Source: Proteromonas lacertae | Lineage: Eukaryota | Assembly (NCBI GenBank): GCA_002245135.1 | Contig: NGBS01000305.1 | Span: 1-64,000 of the forward strand | DNA length: 64,000 nucleotides | Direction of reading: 5' to 3' | Shown here: positions 40,238-55,071 of the stretch, piece after piece | Position numbering within the stretch: position 1 is the stretch's first letter | Layout of the letters: each line of letters opens with the position of its first letter | Notes under the pieces: generated by a model | Seen by the model: the letters and a program-made list of their open reading frames with translations, nothing else | Told to the model about the DNA's origin: nothing | Database searches by the model: none | Position numbers and translations under genes: made by a program

Positions 40238-43200
40238 ATGTTGGTTATGAAGATAATTATTGCTTTAATAGCGATAATTTTGGTATCAGGAAGCTGTCCT
40301 CAGAATTGTAGTGGACATGGTAAGTGTAAATCTGATGGAGTGTGTGAGTGTAATGAAGGAATAACAGCTGGTGCTGGTGCTGGTGCTGGTTCGATGTACA
40401 TGGGAGCTGATTGCTCAATTAGAGTATGTCCTAGTGGTGATAGTTATGGAGCTGTATTGTTTGAAGGTTTGCCAAATCCTGATCAAAACTACCGTCGAGC
40501 TTTAGAAAGTATATTGGACAGATCAGTAGAAAGGAGAAGTCGAGAATTGGGTATTGCTGCTACTGAGATCAAACAAGTAAGAGATAATTTTTACCAAGTG
40601 AGTGGAGTAGAATATAAATTATTAAGTAAAGGTCAAGGTGAATTGATGTGTTATGATGAGTTAGGAGAATATAAAGGCAAAGTGAAAGTGTTTGGAAAAG
40701 CAAAAGAAAGTGATGATTATCTAATAAAATTACCCTCAACAATATCAAGTGATAATTTCTTTGAATATGACTGTCGAGTTAGTTTTGTCTATAATGATAT
40801 GAGTTTACTTAATCCAGTGGTATCTACAGAAGATACAATAACATGGGATATAAAAGATATACTTGATAAAGTAGATGTTAATGTTGATATTAATGATGTA
40901 TATTTTGCATGTATAAAAGATGGTGTTTTAACTAAATCTACAACTGATACAGCATCATCAAGAAGATTATTACAGAATAATAACAATATTGAATTTAAGT
41001 TTACTACTTCCAAACTTGCTGATGGTTTGAAATGTTATTATTTAGGTAAAGTTGAAACTGATGATACAGATGGATCAAAATTACTAGCTGCATCTGATGT
41101 TAAAAAACTCTCATCCTTTTTATTGAAAGATGGTGTAGATATTGGATTACCAAATGGAAAGAAAATGTATGAAATATACAAAAGTAAAGTTGTAACAGAT
41201 AATTTATATGCATCATTGAATTGTTATAATAAATATACAAATGATTTAATTGGTAAAACATATTTAATGGGATTTGATACTACAAAACATATAGCTAAAG
41301 TAGTATATGATTTTGATGAAGATGTTTATTATGATCCATATGATTTAAAATGTGAAATAATTGAGAAATATAATGAAATAACCTCGTTATTACCAATGAA
41401 AATAACAACAACAGATGGTTCAATAGTAAATAAAGGAATTGAAAGTGTTGTAACAATAGCTGAAGGTGATACTGTAGAATTAGGATGTTATAATCCCAAG
41501 AGTTATGAATTTACAACCTATTTATATACTTATACTTACAGGAACATTTAAGATAAAACCAGCTGATCCTCCATCTAGTAGACGTAGATTAGCAGATGAA
41601 CCAAAACCAGCTAAAGATGATATTTGTTATATTGCAGCTGGAAATGATGGTATTGTAAATGCCAAGACAATTACAACTGCTACTTCATTCTTGCAAAAAG
41701 CATTTGAATATTAACTGGATGTAGATAATAAATATAAATATTATGATGAAAATAGTATTGTTTATTTACCTGGTGAAAGAGTAGCTAATAACATTTACAT
41801 ATTAGAGAATATCACATATATTACTGGTTCAAGTGGTGCATTAATAGAATGTAAAAATGAGAATAATAATGTGATAGAAATACAAATATTACAAAAAATA
41901 AAACAAGAAGGAAATCCATTAGCAGATGTAAAATTGAATAAATATTATGTAAAATATAATAAAAACAAGATTGGAAGTGGTGAATATAAATGTGAATTAG
42001 TTCATTTAACTGATGATTTATCATTATATGAATTATCAAAACCAAATAATTGTAATGCTGCTACAATAAAAGATGGAACTCCAAATCCAAATGCAAAATG
42101 TGAGTTAAAATTAACATCAATGAGTTATTTCGTAACTGTTTTACCTGAAAATAAGAAGATGGATCTTACTAAAGATAATGATGTTAGTATTGCTTGTTCA
42201 AGAGGTGATTCAATAGAAATGTATGATTATGAATATAAAGCTCCAACACCTGATGCTAATCCTGCTAGTAGAAGATTAGCTGATGAAAACACTCCTGATA
42301 AATCTGAAAATGTTGTATTAACAATAAAAGAAGCTTCGACTATTGTTCCATCTAATAATGATATTTGTCATATTATTTCTTATACTCCAAAAACACAAAC
42401 ACCAAGAAGAGTTAGAAGATTAGCTGATCCTGCTGATTTGACTGCTTTAACAGGAAGTGATTATGGTAAATCATTATCAAATTATATCTATAAACCATCT
42501 GAAAATATCACAATTGATATTGGAAAAATAAATCATAAAGTATATGAAGTAAATAATATCAATATAATACCTGATGGAATTGATAGTTATGTTGGAGTAA
42601 TAAGTTGTAAATATGGTAATAATGAAGGAAATGGATATGTGATGGGTAAAAGTGATAATGGATATATGATATTATTTGATTTTATTAATGAGAATTCCAT
42701 TCCTTTAATCAATAGTTATAATTGTAAATTAGAGAGTAGTTATAATGATTTATCATTATATTATTCAAGTGTGATAAAAGGTCAAGGTGATAATGGATTA
42801 GGTGAATGTTATAAAGGTCAATGTGATTTAAAATGGACAGGAATGGGAAAACTATTACCAAAAGTATCATTCACTGAAAAAGAAGATTGGTAAAACTACT
42901 GTTGACAACTTTGACTACAGCATCATCAACATTGAAATTTGCATGTATGAATAAAGCCAAGAAAGTTACAATTTATGAATATACTACAGCTACTAATAGT
43001 GATGGTATTATAACATTCCCAATAAAAAACGGATAGTAATTCTTATCCATTAATTGGTCATGTATGTAATATATTATCTGGATTTAATGGTGTTACTATA
43101 ACAGCAGATAAGAATAGTGATTATGAAATAAATCCACCAAATGGAGCAAAATTGACCACCAACATTAATGATTGAATACTGCCATTAGCTGGAATATATG

Positions 43201-46200
43201 TTTAAAGTAGAAGAGATTTACACCAACACCAACTTTCAATCGGATATTCAGTTTGTAAGAAAGAAGAAGGAGATGGTAAAACAGTATCAACTATAGTTGC
43301 TATATAATTATGGTAAGATTCGAGATAATGTGGTTGATAGTTATTATATTCGATATACTGATAAAGAAGGTAATGATCTAGCTAGTTTAACACCATCAGT
43401 TATTCCAACTCCTGAATTATACAGTTGTGGAACATTTACATATTATGAAGATTTTACATCAATAATAAAAGCTACAGTTCCTGTTGGTTGTACAGATACT
43501 GCTAGTTGTGGATTAACATTAACAGGTTATGATGAAATATTGAAAGATTTAAGATATGTGAAAGATGGAGATAAATATAAAGCATCATTTGCTTGTCCAT
43601 ATACTGCTGATAAAAATGAATTGAAAGTATTTTCATATACATCAACTGATGGTTTAAGCTTTACGACTGCAGGAAGCGAATTCCCATTACCATCTTCTGA
43701 ATGTTCTTTATTATTAAATAAAGATGGAAAAACAATAATAAAATTAGAAGATAGTGAATTGACTAAATTACCTAAAATCATAAAAACAAATACTTATAAT
43801 ACTCTAGTAATTCATAATACTGTTAATGTTGATTTGAAATTAACAAGTGAATTAGGAATAAGTAAATGTTATAATAAATATTCAAATGAATATGTTGGAT
43901 ATGCAATATCCTATGGTAAAGTGAAAGATAATGAGAATAATGAATATTTAATTGGATATAGTGTTGATCCTCCAAAACCTGAATTATATAACTGTAAATC
44001 GTTTGAAGAATATTCTGATTTATCAATGTTAATAACATTCACAAAGCCAGATGGATGTACTGCTGCTAATACCTGTGAGATTACCTTAACTGGTATTTTG
44101 CCATTGATAAAGAATTATGTTGATACTGCTAAAGTAAAAGACTATACTGTAGGATGTGAAGTAGGAGATGAATTATTAGAATATGTATTAACCACAAATA
44201 TAGATGATAGAATAACACCTACACCAGCATCAGGAGGATTCTGCAGGAAGAATACTTGCTGATAATGATTTAGTGTTATATATAAAGAATAAAGGTAATA
44301 CTGAAGCTGAATATTGCTAGGTAAGATTAATAAGATTAAGAAATGTCATTTATTAATGAATGTAAAACGGTAAAACAATTAAACTAGCAGAAAGTGATAT
44401 GAGTAAATTCCCATATTTATTAGATTCAACAGCAGCTACTCCAATATATACTTACTATAGTATGAATTTGCCTTTAACTAGTTTACCAGGTAAGATGACA
44501 TGTTATAAAGAAGGTTCAATGATAAAGCTGAATTATTAGTTTATTACAAAGTAAAAGATAGTAACTTTTACGAAGTAAAGAATACTATTACTGATTTTAG
44601 TAGATTATAATTGTAAAGATGTAGTTCAATTAAATGATTTATCTCTTGTTAATCCCCTAAAAGGTAAAGTGTGTAGTGATAAAACCATAATTTGGACAAA
44701 GATGAGTAGAATATTAGGAAAGATAGGGTTTTACAAATCAAAGAAAGATAGTGAAACAATAAATACAAAATTTGTTTGTATAAAAGATGTCAGTGTTAAT
44801 TATGCAGATGCAAGTTACACATATGAAGATGCATTTGTTACTGAAGATAAAGATATTGTATTTACTTTAACACTAACAGGTGGTGAAACTTCAATTGCCA
44901 CAGATGAGGAATTGTTATTTATTATCATCATTTGATGGTGATATTATTACTAATGATTTCTAAGAGTGATGTTGGTATGAGGTTTGGATTAAAGGCTGAT
45001 ACAACTAACTTACCAACAGCTACAGCACCTGTAACAGTTGAATCAATTGGAGATGGTGGAGTATTTACTGTAACTAATGTTGATTATACACTCAATAATG
45101 ATATAATAATTAATCAATGTTATGATAGAGATACTCATACTTATTTAGGTGAATCATATGTATTGGCCTCCAGTCTGCAGCTGGTGGATATTATATTTAT
45201 TATTCGTGGATTAAAGATTCAGCATCACCAGCTGATTATGATTGTAGTGAAAGTGGAAGATATTCAGATATATCATTATTAACTGAAGTTAACTATTAGG
45301 AAGTACATCCTAAACGTAATAATGCACTTGCAATAACGGAAATATGGCTGATATTCTAACAGCAATGAAAATTACATCTGCTAGCTGCATATAATTTTGT
45401 TTGTATTAATTCAAAGAAAGAATTACATTTATATGAATATACCAGAGATAATACTAATAGTAATGTATTTAATATTAAAGCTGAAAGTGAAATAGTTCCA
45501 TATGTTAATGATAAATGTTATTTATTAGCTAATACAATAGGAAAACCAGTAAATTTATCTAAATCTGAATATGGTAAAAAGAATAATATATTTACTGATG
45601 ATCCAAATGGTCAAAAAGTAGAAACAACTGAAAAGAAAGTAGAAACTGTTGAACCAGAATCAATACCTGCTGAAATACCTAAAAGTGGAGGAATATTGAA
45701 ATGTTATGATAAAGAAAGTGGTGAATATGTTGGAACAATTGAAGTAATAGGTAAAAAGGCGAATGGTGAAGCCATAATCAAATATAATATTCAAAGTGGA
45801 AAGATGGATATTTCTGAAGAAGATTTAAGCATAGATATGTTTGAAACTGAAGTGGAAAGTATAAGTAAAGATTTGAGTATGAAAAATCCTCCAAAGTATC
45901 TTCAATATGTGAAAGTAATCCAAATCGATGTAAATTAATCTGGAAATCAATGGGTGATATTTAATTTGATCCTTTTAAACTATTGATGATGAGAATGAGA
46001 GAATTAGTAGAAAAACGATATTAAGTTGGCATGTCCAAATAAACCAGATGGTGTTTATAAAGAAGTAACATTTACATATGATGATGCTAACATTGGTAGT
46101 GATTTAGAATTAACTGTTAAGATATTACCTTCTGGTTTTCAGTTTATGCCAAATAGTCAATGTAATGCATTAGTTGATGGAGATGGAAATGAAGTTGATA

Positions 46201-47069
46201 TGACTGGTACTGAATTTTATAGTAAAGCAATGATTAATGATGAAGGACTTCCATTCTTACCATCTGATGAAAAGACAATTACAATAGGTAAAACACCTAA
46301 TAATGTATATCAAGCATTAATTACCACTTCAATAATTAAAGAATTTAGTACTGTATATTTTGCTAAGAATCAAATTCCTGTTCCAATTGATGGTTCAATA
46401 AAAAGTCAGAATTTATTAAGTCAAATATCTCTTGGAAGAACTGTAGAAATAACATGTACAGGTGGTAGTGGTAGTAGTTGCAGTGGAAATTCTGTAAAGA
46501 AAGTGATTATCGGAATAGAAAAAGATGATGATCTTTTAAAATCACCACGTTTGCTATTAGAAAATGAAAGAATATTAGCTGATTCACTTCCTGGTGTTGT
46601 ATTACAATTTGATGATTTAACAGGTTTAACAGCCGCAGCAGATTCATTCACTTTATCATTCCCCAAAACAGTTGGTGCTTCTCATTCCAAAATTGAATGT
46701 AGTGGTGTTGGAACATGTGATAGAGAAAGTGGTGTATGTAAATGTTATAATGGATTTACTGGTTCAGCTTGTGAAAGAATGAATTGTCCAAATAACTGTA
46801 ATAATCATGGAAGATGTATAAGTGGTAAAGAATTAACCGAAAAGTCAAGTTATAGTGGATATGGAAATGATGTAGTATTTGGTTGTTTATGTGATAGTGG
46901 ATATAGAGGAGCTGATTGTTCATTGAAAGAATGTCCAAGTGAAGTTAATAATGGTATAAAAGATAGAGATTGTAGTAATCATGGTTTATGTGATTATTCA
47001 GATGGAAGTTGTAAATGTTTTGATGGTTATTATGGTGAAGCTTGTCAACACACTGTTGGAACTGCTTAA
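40238..47069 (+). CDS. Giant mastigoneme-like (Ocm/Sig-type) EGF protein with ~9 internal repeats; many frameshifts (pseudogene or assembly errors)
   Basis: Signal peptide; N-terminal CPQNCSGHG..GADCSIRVCPSG; C-terminal HSKIECSGVGTCDRESGVC..CPNNCNNHG..GCLCD.GYRGADCSLKECP..RDCSNHGLCDY. The interior is broken into many ORF pieces. Confidence 0.7.
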
Positions 47070-47198
47070 AATGAATTATTATTGAATTTCTATTAATTTT
47101 TTAGAAAAGTGAAAAAGAAAAAAACATTAAAAATAATGAAAATTCTTTTCTAAATTGTTTGTATTTTAGGAAAATAAAAATAAAATCATTCCTTTGAA

Positions 47199-48890
47199 TT
47201 ATTTACTATTCATCAACCATTCATTCAAATGTTTTACATCTTCTACATTATTCACATTTACTAAATTTATGCTACATTCTTTACATATCTTTGTTGCTTC
47301 TATATCATTAGGAACTGTTATATAACAATATTGACTATTTGAAGATCTTAATATCTTAATATCTGATAATAAAGTGAATAAATTATGATATGAACTTGAA
47401 TAGAGATTTTCTACTGATATTAACTATATATAAAATAACAAAATGATAAATGAAATACTGAATTTATTCTATATGTTATTAATAATGCTAAAAGTGGAGT
47501 TAATGGATCTTGAGTATGAACAAATACAGAAATCTTCTGGTTTTTACAAATACTCAACATATTGTGAATTTCTAATAGAAATGATTGAGTTATTTGATTG
47601 ATTCTAGCTAAACTCTATTCATTTTATATAAATATATATATTGTTATACAGTTGTCCATATTGTTTCTATATCTGGTCTACAATTGATTTTCTTAATTCC
47701 ATTATAAATATCACAACTATGTCTAACTCTATAAGATAATTTCCTTTTTCCATCTTTTTCAATTCATTAAAACTTTTAGGAGATATAAAACCATCATTTT
47801 CAAAATTATATGAAGGAAGTGGAATATTATCATCAAATGATTTTAACATTGAGATATTTTCTACATCTACATCATGATATGAATTGTAGTACATTAAATC
47901 TAATATATAACCACATTGTTCATTTATTGTATTATCTAAATGAGAAATATAGATATTGATTATTCTATACATAAATTATTTAATTCTTCTTTTACTGGTG
48001 GTTCTATTTTTGTATTTGTTTGTATTGTTGATAAATAATAATGAGGTAATAATGAATCAATATTCCATATTATCACTCTTTCACAATTATTATCTGAATT
48101 TAAGGGAATATAATCTTTCCAAGGATTATACTAATACAAATATTATTATTATTATTATCATTATATGATATAAATTATACTTTTGGTATTAAATTCTTAT
48201 TGACATTATTATTATTTGTTGATGGTGATTCTATTTTTGGTATATTATGAAAAGGTTTTAAATCTGTTGGAGTTGATGGTTTTGGAGTAGAACTATTGGA
48301 TTTTGGCGATTTTATATCTTCATGTAAACTATTATATAATATCATAATAATGTATAATAATAATAATGAATACTACGGTAAGTATTTGTCTAATATATGT
48401 TTTGAATAAACTCCATTATTCAACCATAATTTTGTTATTTTGTCTGTTTCTGTAAGATTCTTTGGATATTTCTCTTTCTATTATATTTATATATATATAT
48501 AATATACCATTTCTGCCATTAATTGGAATAATTCTTTAAGATGGTGTTGTAAAACTGTCAATTTCTTTTCATCACAATACTTTGAACAGATCTACAAATA
48601 TTATAATCCGCAGATTGTATATACTTGTGAAATACTATCAAATAGATATAAATAGGGAATTCTTATCTTTGGATGAGTTACTTTCATTTGCTTTGTTAAA
48701 TAATGAACTCCTTTTCTGGTTCTTGCTACAAATATATTATTTTAGGATATACAATTAACATGAATAATTCTGTCATTTCTTTAATAACTGCCTTGTGTAG
48801 GTTTCAGACTAGATCATTACATAATATAAAATACCTTGGTAATTTATCACAAAAAGATTGTAAATTTTTATCTGAATGTACTTTACTCAT
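47199..48890 (-). CDS. Possible CID (Pol II CTD-interacting) protein with degenerate RRM-like C-terminus; apparent indels near the 5' end
   Basis: SLKPTQGSI..., IPYLYLFDSISQ and ITKLWLNNGVY resemble a CID domain. Two single-base indels (~48786, ~48712) are needed to keep the frame. Confidence 0.45.
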
Positions 48891-49035
48891 CAAATAAAAA
48901 CAAAAATAAATTCTATTCAATCAAATCATAATCAAGCTTATTTAATGAAATGTTGTTTTTCTTGCTAATTAATATCTAACTTAATTTGAAAATGTTTTAA
49001 AATCCAATATAAAACTGATAAAAATAACAATACAA

Positions 49036-50557
49036 TTACTTCTTCTTACCATATCTCTTCTTCTTTTTATTTGTGTCTCTCTTTGGCTTTGGCTTCTTTT
49101 TAAATTGCTCCATAAACTCATCCTTGATTTTTTCATACGGATTAGGAATTTGGAAGAATTCTTCAGGATGTTCAAGATTTTCATCAAGATCAGTTCCATA
49201 CCCCTCATCAATCTCTTTTTCTAACTCACAGCTCTTCATAACATTTTCTTGATCACTCAAATCCTGATAATTATAGGTTCTCACTCTCATATTCGTATTA
49301 TCTCTTTCCTTTGGATCTGTGGTCTCAATAATAGTTGGTTTGGTTGGATCATACTTCGGATTCTTTGTTCCCATTTTACTAATACTTTTCCAATTATTAG
49401 TTAAATCATTCAGCATAATTGACTTTCCATTAAAGTCTTCCACCTTTTCTTTATTAAAATCATACTCAGCATATTGTGATACAAATTGTGAAATAGTTGT
49501 TGGGTTTGGTGTTTCTAATTAAATATAAATTATAATAAATATACTATCCATTACTTCCTTTAATTTCTTAGTAATATCTCTTCCATCTTTTATACTCTTT
49601 TCATCCACTTTCCATGGCTGAATTGGCTCATTTGTATCTGGATCTCTCATCCCTTCACTCCATTCTCTACTATTCAAATTCTCTAGTCCATTTAATAAGT
49701 CTTCAAATCCATGAAGTATTCGTTTATTGTGCATGAAATAATCAGCATAAGTATCAGGTAATTCTTTCACATCTTCCGCTAATTTATTCTTCAAGTCAAC
49801 AATTGTGGATGAAAATGGTTTAGAAAAAAGTGAATTATATCGTTCTTCATCTTCTTTATTTTCAAATTTGTATTCTAAATTGGGTAATTCTATTCCATAT
49901 TTGTCTTTTAAATCTTTTAATATATTTTCATCCAATTGTGTTGAATCGAATTCTTCTTTTGTCATTTTCATTGATTGGTTCATTAAGTCTGAAAACTGTT
50001 TAATCATTTCAGGGGACATTTCGTTTAAATCAATTTCTATTGTTTTAGCTTCTTGAGGTTTTTCTTTTATTCTTTCTTCTTTTGTTTCTGTTTTTTCTTT
50101 TGGTTTTTCTGTTGGTTTTTCTGTATTATTTTTATCATTATTAATTGATTCCTTTGTTTGTTCAGATTTTGTTGAAGGAGTTTCTGATTTTGAAGGTGAT
50201 TTTGGTATTTTATTTTGATTTGGTTGTTTTGATTTATTATCATTTCCAGATTTTGGTTTTTGTGGAGTTTTATTTGGCTTTTTAATACTCTTATTATCTT
50301 TTTGTGTTACTTTTTGATCCTTTTGTGGATTAGCTTCTATTGAATAAAAATGAATACTCTAAAGTGATACTATCAGTAAATGACCTTATTGAATTGTAAT
50401 AATTTACATGAATTAGACTATTTAAAGGAGAGTTTGAATAATTTGTAGTAATAGGATGATTATAAAATGCATTTGAAAATTTACATGCACTTTTAATGCA
50501 ACATTTGATATTATTAGAATGAACAACTCTCGACAGATTGAGAAAACTAAACATCAT
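49036..50557 (-). CDS. Hypothetical protein with mitochondrial-presequence-like N-terminus
   Basis: S/N-rich start MFSFLNLSR; three - strand ORF blocks linked by short introns. Confidence 0.55.
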
Positions 50558-50664
50558 TAAAAATTTGATTATTTTTCAAACCCCCAAAACGAATCAATTT
50601 ATAATAATCTTTAAATCTCCATATTTAAAACAAAAATTATTATTATAATAATACATTTATTATT

Positions 50665-52055
50665 TTAGAAACCAAATCCACCTTGATTAAAACCTTGTTG
50701 GCCAAAGCCACCTCCCATATTATTCATTCCACCCATACCTCCTCCCATGCCTCCCATACCACCCATTCCTCCTTGCATTCCACCCATACCTCCATACATA
50801 CCACCTTGCATTCCGTTCATTCCACCCATTCCTCCATACATGCCACCTTGCATTCCATTCATTCCTCCCATGCCAAATGCCATATCTACATTTGTGGTTT
50901 GTTGTGACATCATAGGTGTAAGTGGATTACCGAATTCATCAACTTGAGCACCACCAAAGCCAATCTTTGGAGCAGCCATACCATAAGTAGTTCCTTGTAA
51001 TGCTGCTGTTGGTTTTGCTAAGTTCTTACGTGTTTCTGTAGCAGATGCACCAGCAATCTTTGGTTTTGGAGCTTCTTTGAATTTTTGTGAGAATCCTGAG
51101 CCTAAATCTACTAAACCATCGAATGATTCATAATTCTCTTCCTTCTTCTTTTCTTCTTGTTGATGTTGTTGATATTTAGCAATCATTTCTGGATCGATCT
51201 TCATTGTGAGGTTAGCCATCATATCTTCAACAGATTGTTCACCAGTAAAACTATTAAGATCTTCACCTTCATCTAAATCAAATACATTCACATTCTCTTC
51301 TTGTTTTATTATTTTTTTAACAACCTTCTTCTTTGCTGGGGCTTTTTTGGCTGCAGTTTTTTTGACTGGTTTCTTTGTTTTTTTGGCACCAGCTTTATGT
51401 TCAACTTCTTCTTCTTCTTCTTCCACTGGTTCTGGTTCTGGTTCTTCTTCTTCCTCTTCTTGTTCTACTTCAACTTCTTTAACTTCCTTCTTTCCAGCTT
51501 TGGCTTTCTTAGCAGCTTCTAATGCCTTTGATACAGCCAAACGATCCATATGTGGAAGCTCTCCATAATTAATACCTTCTACTATTAAATCTATTTACAA
51601 TTATAAATTAAATGGTTTGAATCTATACTATATAAGAAACCTTCACTATCTTGAGATACATCCATATGAGCATGTAAATTAGCAATTCTGAAATCATGTG
51701 ATAATGTGGCTGAAAACTAATTAAATAAATCAAACCTAAAAATATACTGTTTTACTTTCGAAAACTGTTGTTTTATCGAAAAAGATGATTTTTTTACCAC
51801 TTACAACTGAATGTTTTAACATGACAACGTGTTCCTAAAACGAATTACTTTAAAAATAGAAATACGGCTCCTTCGAAGAACAAACCCCATTGAATCATCT
51901 TTTTGGTTGAAGCTACAGTTCGACCTACATTTTTTGCAAGTACAACACTATTAATGGATTAGATTATATAAAATAGTGATTAAAAAAAGCAAATATATTA
52001 TATACGTTCTGAAAACTTCTAATCTTTTTGATCCAGCGCTCTTAGGTTTTGGCAT
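50665..52055 (-). CDS. Protein with FAIM-like N-terminal domain and Gly/Met-rich tail
   Basis: Spliced IQWGLFFEG..HVVMLKHSVVSGKKIIFFD; acidic/basic linker; GGMGGM repeats. Confidence 0.55.
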
Positions 52056-52509
52056 TGCGAGAATAAAGCAAAGATTGTATCTTAAGGTAGATTTTAATTG
52101 GATATTCTCTCAACTGTATTTAGTTAATTTGAAATATCATATTAAATAAGCCTCATATGGTTAACGAAAAATAAATGTTTTCGCACCACAAAATAAAAAC
52201 GATTGATTTTACTAAAATATCATCTGGAACTCGCTCTAGCATATTTACTTTACATATTTACTAACAAATGTAATTATGCTATGAAATTCTATAAACTGCA
52301 TAATTTGAGGAATTACCTTTTTTATATTTTATTGAACATTATAAAATGTCCTCCTTAATTGCACAGTGTATATAACTTATTATTTGAAAAAATAGCTGGA
52401 TTTTATAAAGTCATGAAGTGAAACACATTTATTCATTTCTCATTATACCCATAAAAACACTTAATAAACATTTATCATCCTCTTTATGCTATTAATCACT
52501 ATCATTAAT

Positions 52510-53225
52510 TTAATACTCAAAATCAGGTTGTGCTGGAGCAGCTTGTTGTGGTGGTTGTTGGTATGAATAAGGTGTGGCATATGCTGCAGCATACGTATTA
52601 GCAGGAACTGGTTGTGGTTGTACATTTATTGATCCAAGATAAGCAGAGTAATCATAAGCTGGTTGTTGTGTTGTTTGTGGTTGAGCAGCACCTCCTCCCA
52701 ATTGATTCACTATATTTGATAATATTATATTATATATTATACTATAAGCTTCAAATTCATTATCATTAACATTTGCATTGAAAAACTCATTATTTGTGTC
52801 GTTTGAGCCATCTAGCAACTCATTCATTGCTTCAAACTTCTTTCCAAATTCTTTATTGATTCTTTTAGCATTTTCATCTGGTCTTAATGATAAAAGTATA
52901 TTTTTTAAATCCATCATCGATAATGCGTCCTTAGCACTATCTAATTGCTTTATTATACCTTCAATTCCCTTTAAGCAAGTATCTGATGTTTTCTTTAATT
53001 CAAAACAGTTTTTAGCTAATAATAACCACATGTTCTTCTCAGGATGATTTGGAGGTAAATGATTAATTATATTCTTATATTCTAACATTTGCTTTTCCAT
53101 TTGAGCATTTCTAATAACAAAAAAGTATAAAATCTACTTTTATACCTAGCTACTATTTCATTCTTCCTTTGAACAGCATAGCTCTTCACTTTCTGTATAA
53201 TTTCCTCAGAAGCTGTGTTTGACAT
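52510..53225 (-). CDS. Helical protein, possibly a divergent ESCRT-III/Snf7 member
   Basis: About 220 aa, basic N-half and acidic C-half, P/Q/Y-rich tail. The family call is weak. Confidence 0.4.
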
Positions 53226-53366
53226 TCTAACTGTACAAATCAAATCAAAAAAAAGAAAAGATAAAATATGAAACGACTATCAAGCTTCTTCAAGTTCAAA
53301 TTTAATGTGAAAAAACAACAATAATTCATGATAATAAAATACTATACATCATTTCTAATTAAATAT

Positions 53367-55071
53367 TTAAAATTTAGACGAAAAAGGACGAGTTAGTTCT
53401 GTCAGTTTATGTTCCATTCTCATTTCAGCGAATTTCTGTGTGTGCAATTCTCTTTCTCTTCTTTGATCTCTCTTATGCATCAAATCAATTGCCATTCTAC
53501 CAACAGCCAAAGATCCTTTTTCTTCTGTCTCTCTACACTTCTTTATATTCCTATTCATCGTCTGAATATATTCATCAGGTAATAATTGCTTATTCGCTAA
53601 TGTCTTCTTTTCTTTATAATATTCTTTACGAACATCATCCTTTTCTACCATCGCTATACAAAATTATGTAAATTAACTTATATACTCTTAGTATCATGTG
53701 GTCTAAATGTATTAGTACCACCATATTTACACCTTGGAATAGGTGTAACCCTTCCTAAGAACAAATCTCTCTTAAATCCTGTCGGTTGGTATAATTCCTT
53801 CTTCAGTGGGTTTAATGTAGTTAAATCAAATCTTCCATGTAGTTGCCTCATCCTCATTTTACCTTTACTCAAAGATTCAGTATCATCATAAATATGAATA
53901 GAAGGTAAGGTTTTATCCCTTATACTATTTACCATATATTTCTATATAATAAATAAATAAATATATATATATATTATACTGGTTTTTGTTGAAATAGTGA
54001 ATCAGCTGTATTATCTTCAGTTAATTCAAAAATATCTTTCTTCTTAATTCCATTATTATTATTATTATCAGGGAAATATTGATTAGATAATAAATCAATA
54101 GAAGCAGGACATAATTCTTCACCTAACAATCTTTGTGATAATCGTGTGTAGATCTCAATCTCGAATGTTCTATCCATAGTATATCGAGATGAAGGGAACA
54201 TATAGTAAAATGTCTTTAATATTGCATATCCGTATAAAAATGGTAACATCTATTAATCATAATAATAATAATTATTATTATTAATACTTTTAGAAAATAC
54301 TCTTTTCTATATATTTTACAATTTTCCATTTTTACATATAAGAATGCAATAGAATGATCTAATTGTTTAATAATATTTTCATAATCATAATCTTGAAAGA
54401 ATAACACTATAATGTACCAATATAAATCTTCAAATAATGCCATTCCATCATCACTTAACATTATTTTTGATAATACATTGTAAGGATAATCACATACCAG
54501 ACTGTATAATGCGATATTCATTGTATCTTTATATTGGAAATCATATGGTGGATTGTGAAAGGTGTATGGATCTTTTTCTAATCTTTCAACTCTACGATGT
54601 AGATAATCATTAGATAATATAAGCAAATGAGCTGATAATGATTCTTTCTCTGTTTCATTGTGGATTGTTTGTTCACTTAATATACGACGTGGATCTTTAA
54701 AATCATCATGCGATAAGATTCGTCTTGAAAAGTTCATAGATGAATTCTTTTCAGTTGTTGGCGGTGAGTCATCATCTGAATCAGAATCGGATCGGTTTCT
54801 TTTTACTTTTCCACCTATTGAGTATAATTGACTGTGAGGATCTAAGTCATATTTTAATCTTCTTCTTCGATCATTGACTATAATATATAAATATAATATT
54901 AATACTTCTGTCAAGCAGACCACCATATTTTTTATTTAGAAATTGAAGAGTAGTTTTTGATATTGTTAATCTTGTTTCATAAGGTAAATACTCTGTATCA
55001 GTAGCAGAATTATCAGATAAGGATGATCTTCTTGTGGATGATCTGTCTTCTCCATTATCAGGAGCATTCAT
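53367..55071 (-). CDS. FAM227 (FWWh-domain)-like protein
   Basis: FEDLYWYIIVLFFQ...IAFLYVK...KEYFLK.LPFLYGYAILKTFYYMFPSS resembles the FWWh domain. Multi-exon. Confidence 0.6.

Noticed and set aside
40238..47069. Alternative genetic code explaining the in-frame stops
   Set aside because: Most disruptions are frame changes rather than single stops, and TAA, TAG and TGA all terminate intact genes in this window.
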